Origin: Ostrea edulis
Taxonomy: Eukaryota
Direction: 5' to 3'
Assembly (NCBI RefSeq): GCF_947568905.1
Contig: NC_079173.1
Span: forward strand, 37,262,001-37,326,000
Length of the DNA stretch: 64,000 nucleotides
Shown here: positions 35,085 to 48,646 of the stretch, one piece after another
How positions within the stretch are numbered: the stretch's first letter is position 1
Layout of the letters: every line of letters starts with the position of its first letter
The notes under the pieces: model-generated
Told to the model about the DNA's origin: nothing
Databases searched by the model: none
The model's input: only the letters and a program-made list of their open reading frames with translations
Made by a program: the position numbers and the translations under genes

Positions 35085-37500
35085 ATTTATTCATTCAATC
35101 TTTATTTCCCCCTTGCGGAGATTTCATGTTGTAACATTTACATATATTTAGAATACAGATAGATAGAAAATGATAACAAAGAAAACGTATGTACATGGAT
35201 AAATGTTTACATAACTACGCTTTTAGTTGTACTCTAAGTTTTGCGACAAGGCTCTATTATAGCACGCGGTGGCTCCACACACAAATTTTGCACAAAGACA
35301 AATAAATTATTTTTTGCTCTCTTTCTCTAATAATATTGTGGGTTCTACTCCTCCAAGTAATATAAAATATCTTCACTGAGCTGCGAAAGCTTTACATATA
35401 AATGGACATCGAAATTATTAATTAGGTTGTCAAAGAAAGATTCCCTTATGCAAGTTGTGGATGGACACCCCAACACAGCATGTTGATACTGGTTGTCGTA
35501 CGTCTCCTGACACACTCTGCAGGTTTGGCCTAAAGAAACAGGTGGAATGGTCCAGAGTTTAGCTAGGAATCTAATGAGTGGAACTTCATCGAATGAAAAG
35601 TCAAATTTCCAGAGTTTAATAGGAGAGATTATGTTGTGGAAATTTTTAAATATTCGGAAGTCTGGATCGGCTTCCATGCGATTTCTCCATTCCTCCGTAT
35701 GTTGGTGATGAATCGACTGTTTAACTATATATTTCCAATCTTTTTTTTCCAGGGAATTGATTAACTTCAACAAATGATTGTAAATATTGTAGTAAGTTGT
35801 ATTTGATTAAAATTTCGTATATATCTTTTAGAAATCCAGAAAATTGTTTGATGTCACCCTGTAAAAGATCATATAATCTAAATAAGAAAATGTTCTTTGA
35901 CAGAGAGTTAGTGTCAAGTTTACACAGCTTTCCAAAAAATGCTAATTTTCTTTTGTCTATTTCCGAAATGATGGGATGTAATCCAATCATGCTCTCACAC
36001 ATATCCGATCTTGTTGAAATTTTCATGCCTTGAATATCCTTTGTCACAAAATATTGAAATTTGTTTAAAATTTGGAAATCTGTTTGTTTTAGATTGTTCC
36101 ACAGTTCACATCCATACAATACGGTAGGTAATACTATTTCCCGGTAGAGTTTAACAAGAGTTAAAGGGTTTGTGTTATGAGACAAATCATTCCGTATTGT
36201 AAAGTAAGCCTTCCTGCCTTTGTTACAGCTGTCCGTTGTCCGGTCAATGGCTTTGAATCGAGAATGTTGAATAATACCCAAATGTTTGTAACTATCATTG
36301 ATCAAGATTTCATCATCACCTAATTTCCAAGTTTGCTGTGTTGGGGGTCTAACTATGCTAGACGTTTGAGCGTTAAAAGAAAAGCGCCATAAACATGAAT
36401 ACTTAAATGCAACGTTTAACATTTTTTGTAAGCTAGCTGGACTTGAACTTAAGCATGCAATGTCGTCAGCTAATGTCGGGTTTGTTGACTTTACATTGTA
36501 CACACCGAAATTACTGCTTACACTTTCTAAGCAATTCAATAAATCATTAAGGAAAACACAATATAAAAATCCAGACAATACACCGACTTGTCGAACACCT
36601 TGCTTAATTTCAAACCATTGAGACATGGTACCATTTACAGCCACTGTACTTTCATTACCGATATGACAGTCATCTATTATTTTCCATATCTTACCATTTA
36701 ACCCCAATTTATAAAGTTTTACCATGAGAGCTTTTCTCCAGACTGTGTCATAAGCTTTCTTACTATCTAAAAATGCAACATACACAGAACTACCGTGATC
36801 AATGTAATGACTTATTGTCTCTTGTAAATTAAAACTTGCGGTAATGCAACTCAGATCCTTCTGAAACCCTTGCTGCTGGGGATTCGGGAATCTAATTTCA
36901 CTAATTATTGCATCCGAAATTCTATTATGTAGTATTTTCTCAAATACCTTTAATGGGCATGACAATAAGGATACTGGTCGGTAACTATCAGGGGAGTTTT
37001 TAATCTTATTGTCTTCTTTGTATATAGGGACAATTATACCTTTTTTCCATTCAGTGGGAATCATTCCGCATTTGATGATTCCACAAAATAATTTGCATAG
37101 ATAAAAAGTGATTTTATGTCCACCATATTTTAGATGTTCCGCTTGGATACCATCAATACCCGGTGCTTTGCGCAATTTAAGGGAGTTAACAGCTTGGTTG
37201 ACCTCCGACTCGGAAATTTCATACTCGAGGCGTTTATCGCATTCGTTTTCAGATTTGATAATATCATACAATTTAGTGATGTTTTGCAAGTTTTCCTCGT
37301 CGTAGTTGCTGTTGTTTTTAGGAGCATATATAATTTCAAAGTATGTTGCAAATACATCAGCTACACTTTGAGGGGTATTTGCAGTTATACTACCGTACTC
37401 AATTTCCGGATATACCCTGCTTTACCAAATTTATTTCATTCAGTGAATGAAATTCCTCTCAAAGATGTATTTCTATCATGCACAAAATTTAATTAAATGA
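35085..37500 (-). mobile_element. 5'-truncated non-LTR retrotransposon (RT plus C-terminal Zn-finger-like region)
   Basis: RT ORF below; 3' end AAATAAAGATTGAATGAAT at ~35085-35105; no endonuclease domain seen upstream. Confidence 0.85.
35345..37289 (-). CDS. LINE reverse transcriptase, frameshifted in an A run near 35740
   Basis: KAPGIDG, YRPVSLLS, FLDSKKAYD, GVRQVGVLS, LADD motifs; C-terminal CRVC..H..GC in the second frame. Confidence 0.85.
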
Positions 37501-40500
37501 AGATTTTGCAAAAACCTATGACATCACATGAGGATCGATCAACCTTAATGGTATGAATAGTGAAAATCTGATTTACCATAGTTAAGATTTCCTTCATTAT
37601 CGTTCAAAGAATATACCTATATCCTTTGATTAACTTTTCAAATACTTTAAAATGTTGATTTACTATAATAAAACTGCGGTTGACTCTGGACAGTGAAATG
37701 TTGAAACGTTTGATTTGTTATAGCACATGTACAATTAGACAATGATTGACTATAGTTAAAACTTTGAGACTTGAGTTAGCTGTAGTTGAAAAATGATATC
37801 GTAATTAATTTTTATTTAATAAAAATTTAGAAATTTTGATTTCCAAGATTATAAAATCTTTGACGACAATTTTATTTCTACTGAAAACATTTGACCTTTG
37901 ATTAATGAAAGTAAGAACCTTAATTTTCTAGAGAAGAAATGGTTTGTGTAGAGAAAGTCTTGATTTAACTATAGCACAAAAAAAGATTTATCATCGTAAA
38001 AGTTTTGCGAATACTTGTAAAAACTAAGTTAACTACAACATACTGTACTGTAGATATATCGGATTAAAACTAGTAAACCTGCATTTCTCAAAGTAAGTTC
38101 ATGTACTTTGTTTGGTATCTTAAAATGTGTGTATACTGTCCCGAAAGTTTGATTTATTTTAGATAAACTTTGATAGTCTGATCTAATATACATCACAGTA
38201 AAATGCCGATGTTTTCGTAAAGAGTTTCTTTTCAAACTTTATTTAAAAAAAGAAGAAAATTATGTATAATAAAATGATATTTACGATGATCAAAATATTT
38301 AGATCAGTAAACACTTTGTTCAGTGTTGTAAAACTTTGATTCAACTTATATCATACAACTTTGATAGTTTGGTACTTTGATACAATGCTTCTTAAAAGAA
38401 CCTTGGTAAATTTCAACAGAAAATATCCATTATTGCTTACAAAATTAGGGGGGGAAACACTTTCAATCACTAAAAAGTTCATATGCGCGGGTATGTTAAG
38501 GCAGAGTATACCCCATTTACATATAAATTGCAAAGTCTTTGAAACCTGTTCTTGATAAAAGGAGTAAGCTACTTCACCTTTTAAAACTATTTTGAGTGTT
38601 TATGTGAGAACGTTTTGTATTCTAACAAGGTGACAAGTATGTGCCTCGGTATGATGTCATCACATGATTGTTGTAAATAAATTACGAAGGTACCTTGATA
38701 GAAGATGAATAAAAATACAACACAACCCCAGGCTTTAAACATCGATTTACCGTAAAAGATCAGAAGTTTCTCGAAAGTACTGCTAGAATCCTGCTTTCAG
38801 TAAGAAATAATAATAAAACATCTTAACACTATACCATCTCTGTTTCTTTTACCCCGATGATGTTTTCTTTGAAATATTTTCTAGCGGTAATTTCTGTGTA
38901 CGTTAGTTTCACTGATCGTTTTCTTCACCTTTATTACCTTTCACTCGGTGTATAAAAAGACTTTAAAAGTATGTGGCGCAGTGTTATACTTTTGCAGTTT
39001 TCTTTCGGTCAATGCTAAATGGAATATTTCTTCCATTGGACGCATTGTCACTGAATGAAATTAACACACCTTCGTCATGTTTATTGATTTTCAGTGTTTC
39101 ACGTATATATCCCGTTACATATATCTTAAATACTCCATATTTTGTCAATATATGCATGACACAATGAACATTAGTGTTTACGTGCTTCATCGTCACTTGA
39201 TTGATTGTTTGTGTATTGTTTGATGTATAGTTATGACATAACCATTTTGATTTTATATTAATCAGACGTAGGTTACATGAAGGAAATAAAACATCCTCCG
39301 CTATTCCTTCGATCGCTAAATGGTTTATTTACAAGAACATAAAATTCGAATTAGACCGAGATATACATATACTTTGTGATATGCTTATTGCTATTATGAC
39401 ATCACATTGTCCATTTCCACCCATCCGAGTTTTTTAATGACTTGCCTTAACGTATCCGCGTAAAACAAATGACGACGGGAGCTATGAACTACTTGATATT
39501 TTATACACGTTCGTCTTCCCTTTGTTTTTGTCTAAACTTTTCCATAATGTAAACAATGCAAAGCTGAGGTACTCTCGTGTAAACTGATTTACTATAGTAA
39601 AAGCAAACGTTGATTTACCATAGTGAAAAGACGAAGTGCAGTTCTTGCTTGTTTGGAATATATGATATTGATTAAATTAAATTCTGCATCTTAGGCTATG
39701 GAACTGGTCTTTGTTTCGTTTATTATAACGGGATGCATTTTCATGTTGATTTGGAATACTATCACTTAAATAGTTCGGGGCGCTACCATTGTAATTTTTG
39801 AACATGACAGTCAACTTTACACATTGTAGTCAATTTTGCGATATAAGTCCACTTTGTAAAGTTTACCAGCCTGTTTCTGAACAAAGGAATTCTCTAGATG
39901 CAAAAATAGAAAGACCAGTAACAACTCTACCTGCAGATATTTGTACCTTTTCACTCTTGCCAGTATCGTAAACAGCCACCCCAAACAATTGAAGCATATT
40001 TAAGAGTAGGTCTAATAAATGCTATGTACATTTTGACAGATGTTTTCTACCAATTTTGAATTTGAGCTTTTTTTAAAAGCCCTATTTTGAAGAACTTTGT
40101 TTACTATGAAATCAATGCCAACTGAGGTTATATGATAATGATAAACCCAAATGACGATGGACCGGAACACACTTCCGTACCTTTCTTTGAAAGATAAACA
40201 ACTTTAGTATTGGATGGATTGAAGTTGAGTAACCACTTATCTGCCTGTTTCGAATACATGTAAACCATGGTTAATCTTAAAATCAATATCCAAAATATTA
40301 TATGAGGATTGCTGAAGTGAATTATCATCAGCACATAGTCTACACTTACATCAACACCATTAACATAGATTAAAAACAGTAAAGGTCCTAAGACAGAACT
40401 TTGAGTTACACCAGCAAATATATCAAATTTTGACAATAAAAGGTGTATACATATTACTTTTTGTGATCTGTGGCATGAGTAACTTTTAAACCACTATGAA

Positions 40501-42967
40501 TTATTGCCAGATACACCATAAGTTTGTAATTTAAAAATATTCTATCAAGTGCTTTTGAAAGGTCACAGGATATCATACCATGATTTTTTTTCTTCGTCAA
40601 TACGGTGTACGATACTACAACTCGCATGATACGTTTCTAATAATTCATAAACGGTAAAATATCCTGGTCAGAATTCGGCTTCATATCGATGAAATAAATC
40701 ATTACTATGAAAATAATTTTGTACATGTTTTGAAAACGATTATCTCCATAATTTTACTAATGCATGATAACAGCAAGACATGTCTATAATTAGATACTAT
40801 CGATGGGTCTTCCTTTACAAAAAGAGCAATGACATGAACAATATTCCTAAAAGATAGGAACATATCTTCTGACAATGTCCTATTGAAAAGCATAGAAGGA
40901 ACGGTGCATTTAGTTGATTTCAACATCTCATGACTATTACAATCTGGGTCAGAAGCTTTATTGACTACAAGTATTGTAATGATATCTACTAATTCTTGTT
41001 CGTCAATAAAAATGTTACTTAGAGAGCCACTAATTAAACTGTACGTATTTGGTAGTGTTTCGTTGGTGTCATCATTTGTGGAAATGGACGAGAAGCACGC
41101 ATTCAAAACTTCCATTTAGTCAATATCAGAATACATTGTTATCATCAATATGTATTGGATATATTTCATTTGATAATTTCATATCAAATGAGTTTTTCAT
41201 CAACCTTCAATGTAACTCACTGTTGCCTTCCTTTGCTTGAATTCGTCTAAGTAGGTTTCAATACTATCGTAATAATTGAATATCGCATGGTATTTCCATA
41301 TTATTAACCAAAATGCGAAATTTTCTATAAGAGTCGTCTTTCGTTTATAACGAAAAGGTGAAGATAACGACCAGTGATCAATTTCATAACTTCCATCAGG
41401 AATATAAAATTAAGAGTTGGGCACGCACGTACGACCCCACCCCCACCCCCACCCACCTGGATACACCAGTGGATGGTATCAGGTGCCGAGGAGGAGTAAG
41501 CATCTCTCTTCGACCGATTACACCCACCGTGAACCCTATCTCTTGATCAGGTAAACAGAGTAACCCGTAATCAAAATCAGTAATAATGCTTTGTTGCAAA
41601 GTCGATTTCTCATTCTGATGGGTTTTTTCACAATGTATCATCGAGTCATGCCATGGATTTTCTCGCGGACAAACTGTTATGGTTTGTTTAGGTACACATT
41701 CACGAACTCTTGAAAGATTTTCGGATCTGACATTTTCTGTTGCCAATTCTAAAGTATCTGCTCCGTTGATGATGTTCACCCAATTACAATTTTCGATTGA
41801 TAAAGTCATTGATTTTCATAAACACATACTGTACGGTGTATGCGCGATTGTAATTTATATTCGAAATAAGCGAGATAATCGCTAATCGAGGATTCTATTC
41901 TCAACCGCTTCACACGATTGAATGTCTGTAGAGTTCAGTATTGGGTTTAGCAGTACTCGATTCCGTGTAGCGTCAGTTATATTGTTTACTAAATTGTGTA
42001 TGGAAACAATTTCACGGACATTGTGTGATAGTGGAGCATTAAGGAAATGTACATTTAAATCGTCTTCTATGTTTATTTTGTCAGATTATATGCAAACTTT
42101 ATCTAAACTCCATGAAAGTTTGATCCAAAAAGGGCTGTCGAAACTCGGAGGTCTGTAGACACGGCAAAGATCATAATTACAGGTGCAGTTTTCTATTTTA
42201 ATCCATATACATTCAAGATCGGCGGACTCAAATTCTGGGCGTCTTATAGCGCGTATTTAATTTGACATATACAGCAAGACATAGAGCTCACGGCGGGTGT
42301 GACCGGTCGACAGGGGATGCTTACTCCTCCTAGGCACCTGATCACACCGCTGGTATGTCCCAGGGTCCGTGTTTGCCCGACTCTTTATTTTGTATTCCTT
42401 GCGGGAGTTACGATTTCCATCACTGATCGTTATCTTCGCCTATCATAACACCGCCTACAAAACAATTTCTGTATTCACAGATTATATCATTAAAGTCATC
42501 AATAAGTAAGCTATCGTTGCTCACGGAATTATCTAGATGGATTTCAGTAAAACATAAAATATCGAAGACATGAACAAGAACATTTAAATGACCTGATTGG
42601 TGTCTAATGCTTATGATATTCATATGCAAAATGTCAAGGACATTTTCAATAGTACGACCCGGATTCATTTCTATATCGCTGCCAACTAACAAAAGGAAAT
42701 GTGAAACAAAAAATGAAAGTAAGACTTGATAAATACAGATTTAAGCTTAATGAATTTCACACAGTGAGTGTAATGTATTTGAATAATCCGGATATTGTCA
42801 GGTTGACCATACGTGTTCTATTTTTAGTGTTATGTTTTAGAACGGAATAAAAACGAGTTGATATCACGGCATGGCTATATGTTGGTGTTTGGACTAGGTG
42901 TCCGTTATATTAATGTCTGTAGAAGACATTTCATGGTGTCAGAAGAAAACTTTGACGTACCAAAACA

Positions 42968-45886
42968 ATGGATCAGTTAAAACCGCCGTCGCACTTAAGT
43001 TTTGAAGGGAATTCAGCTGAAAATTGGAAAGAGTGGCTGCAAGGATTTCGCCTATATTTGGTAGCCTCGGGGATCGACGAAAAGGCGGGAAAAGTGAAGG
43101 TTGCTACCTTTTTACATGTTGCTGGTGTCGAAGCGAGACGTATTTACAACACATTCAACATTCCTGAGGAGGATGCTGAAAAACTAGAGGTAGTGTTCAA
43201 AAACTTTCAAGACTACGTTGAACCACGTAAGAACTTAACGTATGTACGCCATTTATTTTTCACACGAAATCAAGAAAGTCATGAAACAATCGATAATTAT
43301 GTCACTGACTTAAAAAACAAAGCCATACAATGCGAGTTTGGTGATTTGAAAGACTCGTTGATTAAAGACAGGATAGTGTGTGGTATTTCGAGTGAAGCAT
43401 GCAGAGCCAGGCTACTACGGGAAGCAGATTTATCATTAACTAAGTGTTTAGACATTTGCCGTGCTTCTGAAGTTTCCGAACAGCAATTGAAAAGTTTACA
43501 CAAAGAACCATCAACTGCTGTAGCTGTTCATGTTGTAACTAGAAAACCTGAAAAACTACAGAACCGCGGTAGTACCAGAAAACAAACAGCTCACGTTCAC
43601 TCAAACACTAACAAACTGAATGCGTGTAGTAAGTGTGGAAAACAACATGAGAAAGGGAAATGTTTTGCGTACAACAAGAATTGTTACAAATGCAAAGGCC
43701 GTAACCATTTTGCAAAATACTGTAATAAGACACCAAAATCTGTGCATTACGTGGAAGAGGAATCACATGACCTATACTTGGGCATAGTGAATGTGGACAC
43801 TATTCAGGAAGAGGTACCATGGACTGAGACAGTGAACATTAACAAAGTACCGGTTACATTCAAGCTGGACACAGGAGCTCAGGCGAATATAATACCAAGG
43901 AATGTGTTCAAAGAACTACACATCTCTCCGAAGCATTTACGAAAAGTAAAAGTGAACCTGTACACTTACAATGGTGAAGTCATGAACCCAGATGGGAAGA
44001 TTGATATCAGATGCCGAATCCGTAAAGTGGAACGTACACTTCCGTTTTACATCACTGCAAAAGGAAGTACACCGATACTTGGCAAAGAATCATGTGCACG
44101 CCTAGGATTAATCCAACACATACCAGCAGATTCCATAGAAAGTGCGGATGTTTGTGTAACAAAGGACAAACTACTGCAACAGTATCAGGATGTTTTCAGT
44201 GGACTAGGACATCTACCAGGAAAATATCACATTGAAATTGATCCGAATTCAACGCCAGTGATACACCCACCAAGGAAAGTGCCGGCAGCGTTACACAGTT
44301 CTGTACGTGATGAACTTCAACGCATGGAAAAATTGGGCGTGATCGCAAAACAGGATGGTCCTACGGATTGGGTTCACAGTATGGTAACAGTACGGAAACC
44401 AGGGAAAATTCGTATATGCTTGGATCCAAAAGACTTGAATCCGCACATAAAGCGAGAACATTACCACTTAGTAACTGTGGAGGAAATCATTGAACGACTA
44501 CCAAATGCTAAAGTGTTCTCAAGATTTGATGCTACGCATGGTTTTTGGCATATTGAACTAGACGAAGCAAGTTCAAAGGCACTCACTTTTAACACACCAT
44601 TTGGTAGATACCGATATCTACGACTTCCGTTTGGAAAAACTTCAGCGTCAGAAGTGTTCTCGAAACGATTACAGGAGTTTTTTAAAGACTTACCTGGTGT
44701 TGAGTGTCTAGTAGACGATATCCTTGTTCATGGAGAAAACGTCTCGGAGCATGATGAAAATCTCGTTCGTATGCTGGAGCGATGTCGTCAAATTGGGCTC
44801 AAGCTCAATAAGGATAAAGTAGAACTCAGAGTACCTGAAGTGAAATACGTTGGTCACGTCATAGGGAGAGATGGACTCAAGGTTGATCCGGAAAAGGTTC
44901 GTGCTATTGTAAACATGCCAGAACCGACAGATGTTCAAAGTGTGCGCCGATTTCTTGGACTAGTGCAATATGTGTCGAAATTCATACCAAACCTAGCAGA
45001 GATTTCTGAACCTCTCCGATTGCTTACGAAAAGTGACGTTTTGTGGCACTGGGACAAACAGCAAATTGACAGTTTTGCGAAACTAAAAAACTTATTAACG
45101 CAAGCACCAGTTCTTCGCATTTATGATCTTCAAAAGGAAGTCACCATTTCTGTGGATGCAAGTTCCAAAGGATTGGGTGCAGTATTATTGCAGAACGGAC
45201 AGCCCGTCGCATACGCTTCACGAGCACTGACAGAGACTCAGCAGAGGTATGCACAGATAGAACGAGAGATGCTCGCAGTTATCTATGGATGTGAAAAATT
45301 TCACCACTACATCCATGGACGTTCAGTTACCATAGAAACAGATCACAAACCTTTGCTAGCGATTCATCGCAAACCACTATATCAAGCTACTCATAGACTA
45401 CAGAGGATGCTTATGCGTTTACAACGTTACGACGTTACTTTAGAATACGTTCCGGGAAAGGAAATGTTCATTTCCGATGCGTTAAGCAGGGCTTACTTAC
45501 AAGAGTGTACAGAATCACTGGTTGATGAGGACATAGACATCAATTTCATTGAGCAGGAGCTTCCTATGACGGAAGGAAAACTTCAGGAGCTGAAGGACGC
45601 AACTGAGTCTGATGAACAGTTTCAGGCATTGGCCGACATAGTGCGACTGGGATGGCCAGAATCTCGGGTACAAGTTCCAGCAGATATAAGAATATTTTGG
45701 AACTACAGAGATGAAATAACAGTTCTAAATGGTTTACTGTACAAGGGGCCAGCAGTGATGATTCCCAAGTTACTACGTCACCAAATGTTGAGGAAGTTAC
45801 ATGAACCTCACCTGGGTATAGTCAAAACCAAGCAGAGAGCCAGAAATATCATATTTTGGCCAAACATGAACTATGACTTAGAGTAG
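42968..45886 (+). CDS. Gypsy Gag-Pol: Gag, Zn-knuckle region, protease, RT, RNase H
   Basis: 972-aa ORF; CYKCKGRNHFAKYC, LDTGA, LVDDI, DASSKGLG, TDHKPL; ends at an in-frame TAG inside the integrase Zn finger. Confidence 0.95.
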   Translation: MDQLKPPSHLSFEGNSAENWKEWLQGFRLYLVASGIDEKAGKVKVATFLHVAGVEARRIYNTFNIPEEDAEKLEVVFKNFQDYVEPRKNLTYVRHLFFTRNQESHETIDNYVTDLKNKAIQCEFGDLKDSLIKDRIVCGISSEACRARLLREADLSLTKCLDICRASEVSEQQLKSLHKEPSTAVAVHVVTRKPEKLQNRGSTRKQTAHVHSNTNKLNACSKCGKQHEKGKCFAYNKNCYKCKGRNHFAKYCNKTPKSVHYVEEESHDLYLGIVNVDTIQEEVPWTETVNINKVPVTFKLDTGAQANIIPRNVFKELHISPKHLRKVKVNLYTYNGEVMNPDGKIDIRCRIRKVERTLPFYITAKGSTPILGKESCARLGLIQHIPADSIESADVCVTKDKLLQQYQDVFSGLGHLPGKYHIEIDPNSTPVIHPPRKVPAALHSSVRDELQRMEKLGVIAKQDGPTDWVHSMVTVRKPGKIRICLDPKDLNPHIKREHYHLVTVEEIIERLPNAKVFSRFDATHGFWHIELDEASSKALTFNTPFGRYRYLRLPFGKTSASEVFSKRLQEFFKDLPGVECLVDDILVHGENVSEHDENLVRMLERCRQIGLKLNKDKVELRVPEVKYVGHVIGRDGLKVDPEKVRAIVNMPEPTDVQSVRRFLGLVQYVSKFIPNLAEISEPLRLLTKSDVLWHWDKQQIDSFAKLKNLLTQAPVLRIYDLQKEVTISVDASSKGLGAVLLQNGQPVAYASRALTETQQRYAQIEREMLAVIYGCEKFHHYIHGRSVTIETDHKPLLAIHRKPLYQATHRLQRMLMRLQRYDVTLEYVPGKEMFISDALSRAYLQECTESLVDEDIDINFIEQELPMTEGKLQELKDATESDEQFQALADIVRLGWPESRVQVPADIRIFWNYRDEITVLNGLLYKGPAVMIPKLLRHQMLRKLHEPHLGIVKTKQRARNIIFWPNMNYDLE

Positions 45887-46686
45887 TTGATTAAGTCGTG
45901 TGGAGTGTGCAACTCATTTCGCAAATCAAACACAAAGCAATCACTCATACCTCATGAGATACCCTCTACTCCTTGGACCAAAGTTGGAGCTGATATATTT
46001 CATTTCAAGGGCAAAGACTATGTGTTGTTTGTGGACTATTACTCGAAATATTCAGAGATTATACCTCTACCAAATTTGAGAGCATGTTCCACTATTGCTG
46101 CGTGCAAAACAGTGTTTTCAAGACAAGGCATACCCTTAGAGCTATTCTCGGACAACGGACCACAATTCAGTTGTCATGAATTCAAACAGTTTGCATCTGA
46201 ATGGGAGTTCACGCACAAAACCTCCAGTCCCCACTATCCACGTTCAAATGGTCAAGCGGAACGCTGTATTCAAACCGTAAAAAAAACTTACTGAAAAAGG
46301 CAGAAGAGAGTAATGGTGACCCAAATATTGCTCTTCTGGAATACAGAAACTCGCCTATTGATGGAGTTGACCTGTCGCCTGCACAGTTATTAATGAACAG
46401 GACTCTTCGTTCAAAACTACCAACAACCAAAGTGTGGTTGGAACCAAATTCACTGACGTCTCCACAATCCAAACTTCAACTTAGGCAGATGAAACAGAAA
46501 TATTTCCATGACCGAAAGTGTGCAAAATTAACGCATGTTGAGGATAAAGAAGTTATCCGTATACAGAATCCAGACAATCGTCAGTGGGAACCAGCTGTAG
46601 TTCAAAAGGACTTCGGAAACCGTTCGTACAACGTTTTAAATCAGCAAGGGAACACAGTAAGAAGAAACAGGAGTCAGATAATTTGA
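45887..46686 (+). CDS. Gypsy integrase remainder (frameshift in an A run at ~46279-46286)
   Basis: CGVC, ADIF, SDNGPQF, SNGQAERCIQ, then LLEYRNSP and RRNR in the next frame. Confidence 0.9.
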
Positions 46687-48646
46687 AAATAAGTGGCTGT
46701 AATCATTGAAAATGTTTACTGCTAAAGGTTTAACTACTAGTACATGTATTTCTAAAGATTTGAAATATATTAATTTGGTCTCATGACAAAATGCACATGA
46801 GCTTGGAATATAAGTATTAAGCGAAAGGGTATGAAAGAAAAAAACCAAACAAAAACACAAATAGTACAACAGATCAAATGAGTACGTCCTGTACTACCAT
46901 GGTAGTAATGCAATTTAAGATTATAAAGCAAATGAATGCATGCAGATAACTGGAAAGCAATTGCAAATAGTCATATAATAACGCGAGTCAGGTGAGTATG
47001 CACACAACTCTTCAAGAAATAATATTTGAATGATGCAAGTAAATTTGAACGGAGGATCAATAGATAAAGGGTAGTAGGACAGTGCGTACAAGAGAGTTGA
47101 GTTTCCTCATTCATCAAATGTGTTGAGGAAAAGATATGCATGGCGATGGAAAGAAAAAGAAGCATATATACAGAATAAAGAGTGCATGCATGTAAATGAT
47201 TGTATACAGGCGGTTGAAGTGAACAAGAAACTGCATGAGGGATATAATCAAATAAACAATTTTTGACATAATAAAGTTCAAAGTAAGTAATGTTCAGAAC
47301 AGTTTAAATGATGACATCTTAAGGAATATTTCCAACAAAGGGTCAGGTACGGCTCAGGGTAGATAACATGCACTTTGTCAGATTTGTCACGTTCACGGAT
47401 TTTATCGTTAGTTGATCAGGTGGGGATGTTTAGTAAGGTCCTCGTTAAAGAAGACAGTCCTCGATTCGCGTTTGTTTTTCAACTTGCTATAACTTTTCAC
47501 CAAGCGGAAACTTTACGTCGACACTTTGAAGCCTGGTTATGAACTGACGTAGACCTGCATTACGCTTGTTCGGATCATCGACTTTGTGTGAGTTTATGAT
47601 TTCGTCTGGGTGTAACTCTTCTTTCCTGTTATGTTCAGGATAAGTGAGGCAGTATCCTCGCCCTGCTCTTCAGCTACTACCGTGGCGCGAACTCTGACCA
47701 CACTGTTCCATCTCGTCAATTTGTTGGAACAGTTTATAGTTTTCCGTTTCTACATGTTGATGAATCTTCTCCTTCAAGGGTTGAAACACCAAAGTTTACT
47801 TCGATCGACACAAGTGTCGATGTGTCGTTGTGCAGCGACTGCTTTACAGATGTCGCTATTCTAAGGACGTCCTCATCCGATATAACTACCTGGCGAGAAG
47901 TAAATATGTATTTAGTGTTGCTTGCTGGCCAAAGGTTGGGTTTTCATACGGTATACTTGAGAAACGGGGTAGATTCATCAGCAGGAATGATAGGGAGTTG
48001 CACGACAACGTTGTCAGCATTTTTATCCATTGGTGGACAGTGTGGGCTTGGTTTTTCTCTCTGTGTGTTCTGTAGGGGTCCGTACAACGTCTGAGAATGA
48101 TCGCAATAAATCACTCAAAATCCTTTTGTTTTTTGTTGTTGTTATCACCCATGATGTTAGTACATGTTGAAGTTAGATTAAAATCTTTCTTCAAGTTTAC
48201 AAATACTTTAGGTACCTCTACTGGAGAATCGAAGGTCCTGTATCTGTCAGCATCGTTTCATCTCCTGAGCCCCACGATAAAAATGAATAAATGTATGGAC
48301 AAAACAAAGAAATTGTGTTTTCATGGATACCCGGTTCATCGAAGGACCCCGGAGGGCTCCCGCGGAGTCTAAAGGTTTCCGGAACCCCTGCCATCTGGAG
48401 TCTAAATATTTCCGGATCCCTGGCATCCGGTGTTCGAAGGTTTCCGTTGACATTTGATTCCGGAGTCGGAAGGTTCCGGAAACTTCATAGAGCCGATCGA
48501 TTGATTAAAAAAAAATATATCAGGTATTGTTGATAAACATGCATTGGAAAAACATTTTGAAAGATTCATTGTGTGTATTATTCCTAGAAACAAAAATGCT
48601 GGGAAAATCCAATGACGTCATTAGAGAACCTATATTGTGGGTCAAC

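Larger units (their letters stand above)
33872..38011 (+). repeat. Left inverted arm (4.1 kb including the LINE insertion)
   Basis: 33872-~35077 and ~37155-38011 match 50713-~49525 and ~49500-48647 in reverse complement. Confidence 0.9.
42796..46686 (+). mobile_element. Gypsy LTR retrotransposon (Mag-like), 3'-truncated
   Basis: Candidate short 5' LTR ending CA at 42933 (start uncertain); PBS TGGTGTCAGAAG 42934-42945 (tRNA-Leu type); no matching 3' LTR found. Confidence 0.85.
39790..48100 (-). pseudogene. Decayed CR1/L2-group LINE (ORF1 and ORF2 remnants) interrupted by Gypsy and Penelope-like fragments
   Basis: ORF1-like QQIDEMEQ (~47720) and VFFNEDLTK (47430-47456); endonuclease SDIEMNPG..DILCFTEIHLD (42420-42692); RT SNYRHVLLLSCISK and GVTQSSVLGPLLFLIYVN; many stops. 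Confidence 0.8.

Noticed and set aside
38011-39790. Possible Polinton gene relics in the unassigned core (for example the 70-aa ORF 38984-39196)
   Set aside because: Only short ORFs with no motif I recognise; a profile search is needed.
46672-46684. CA end plus GATAA as a Gypsy 3' terminus/TSD matching GATAT at 42791
   Set aside because: No 3' LTR precedes it and the bases still read as integrase codons; probably chance.
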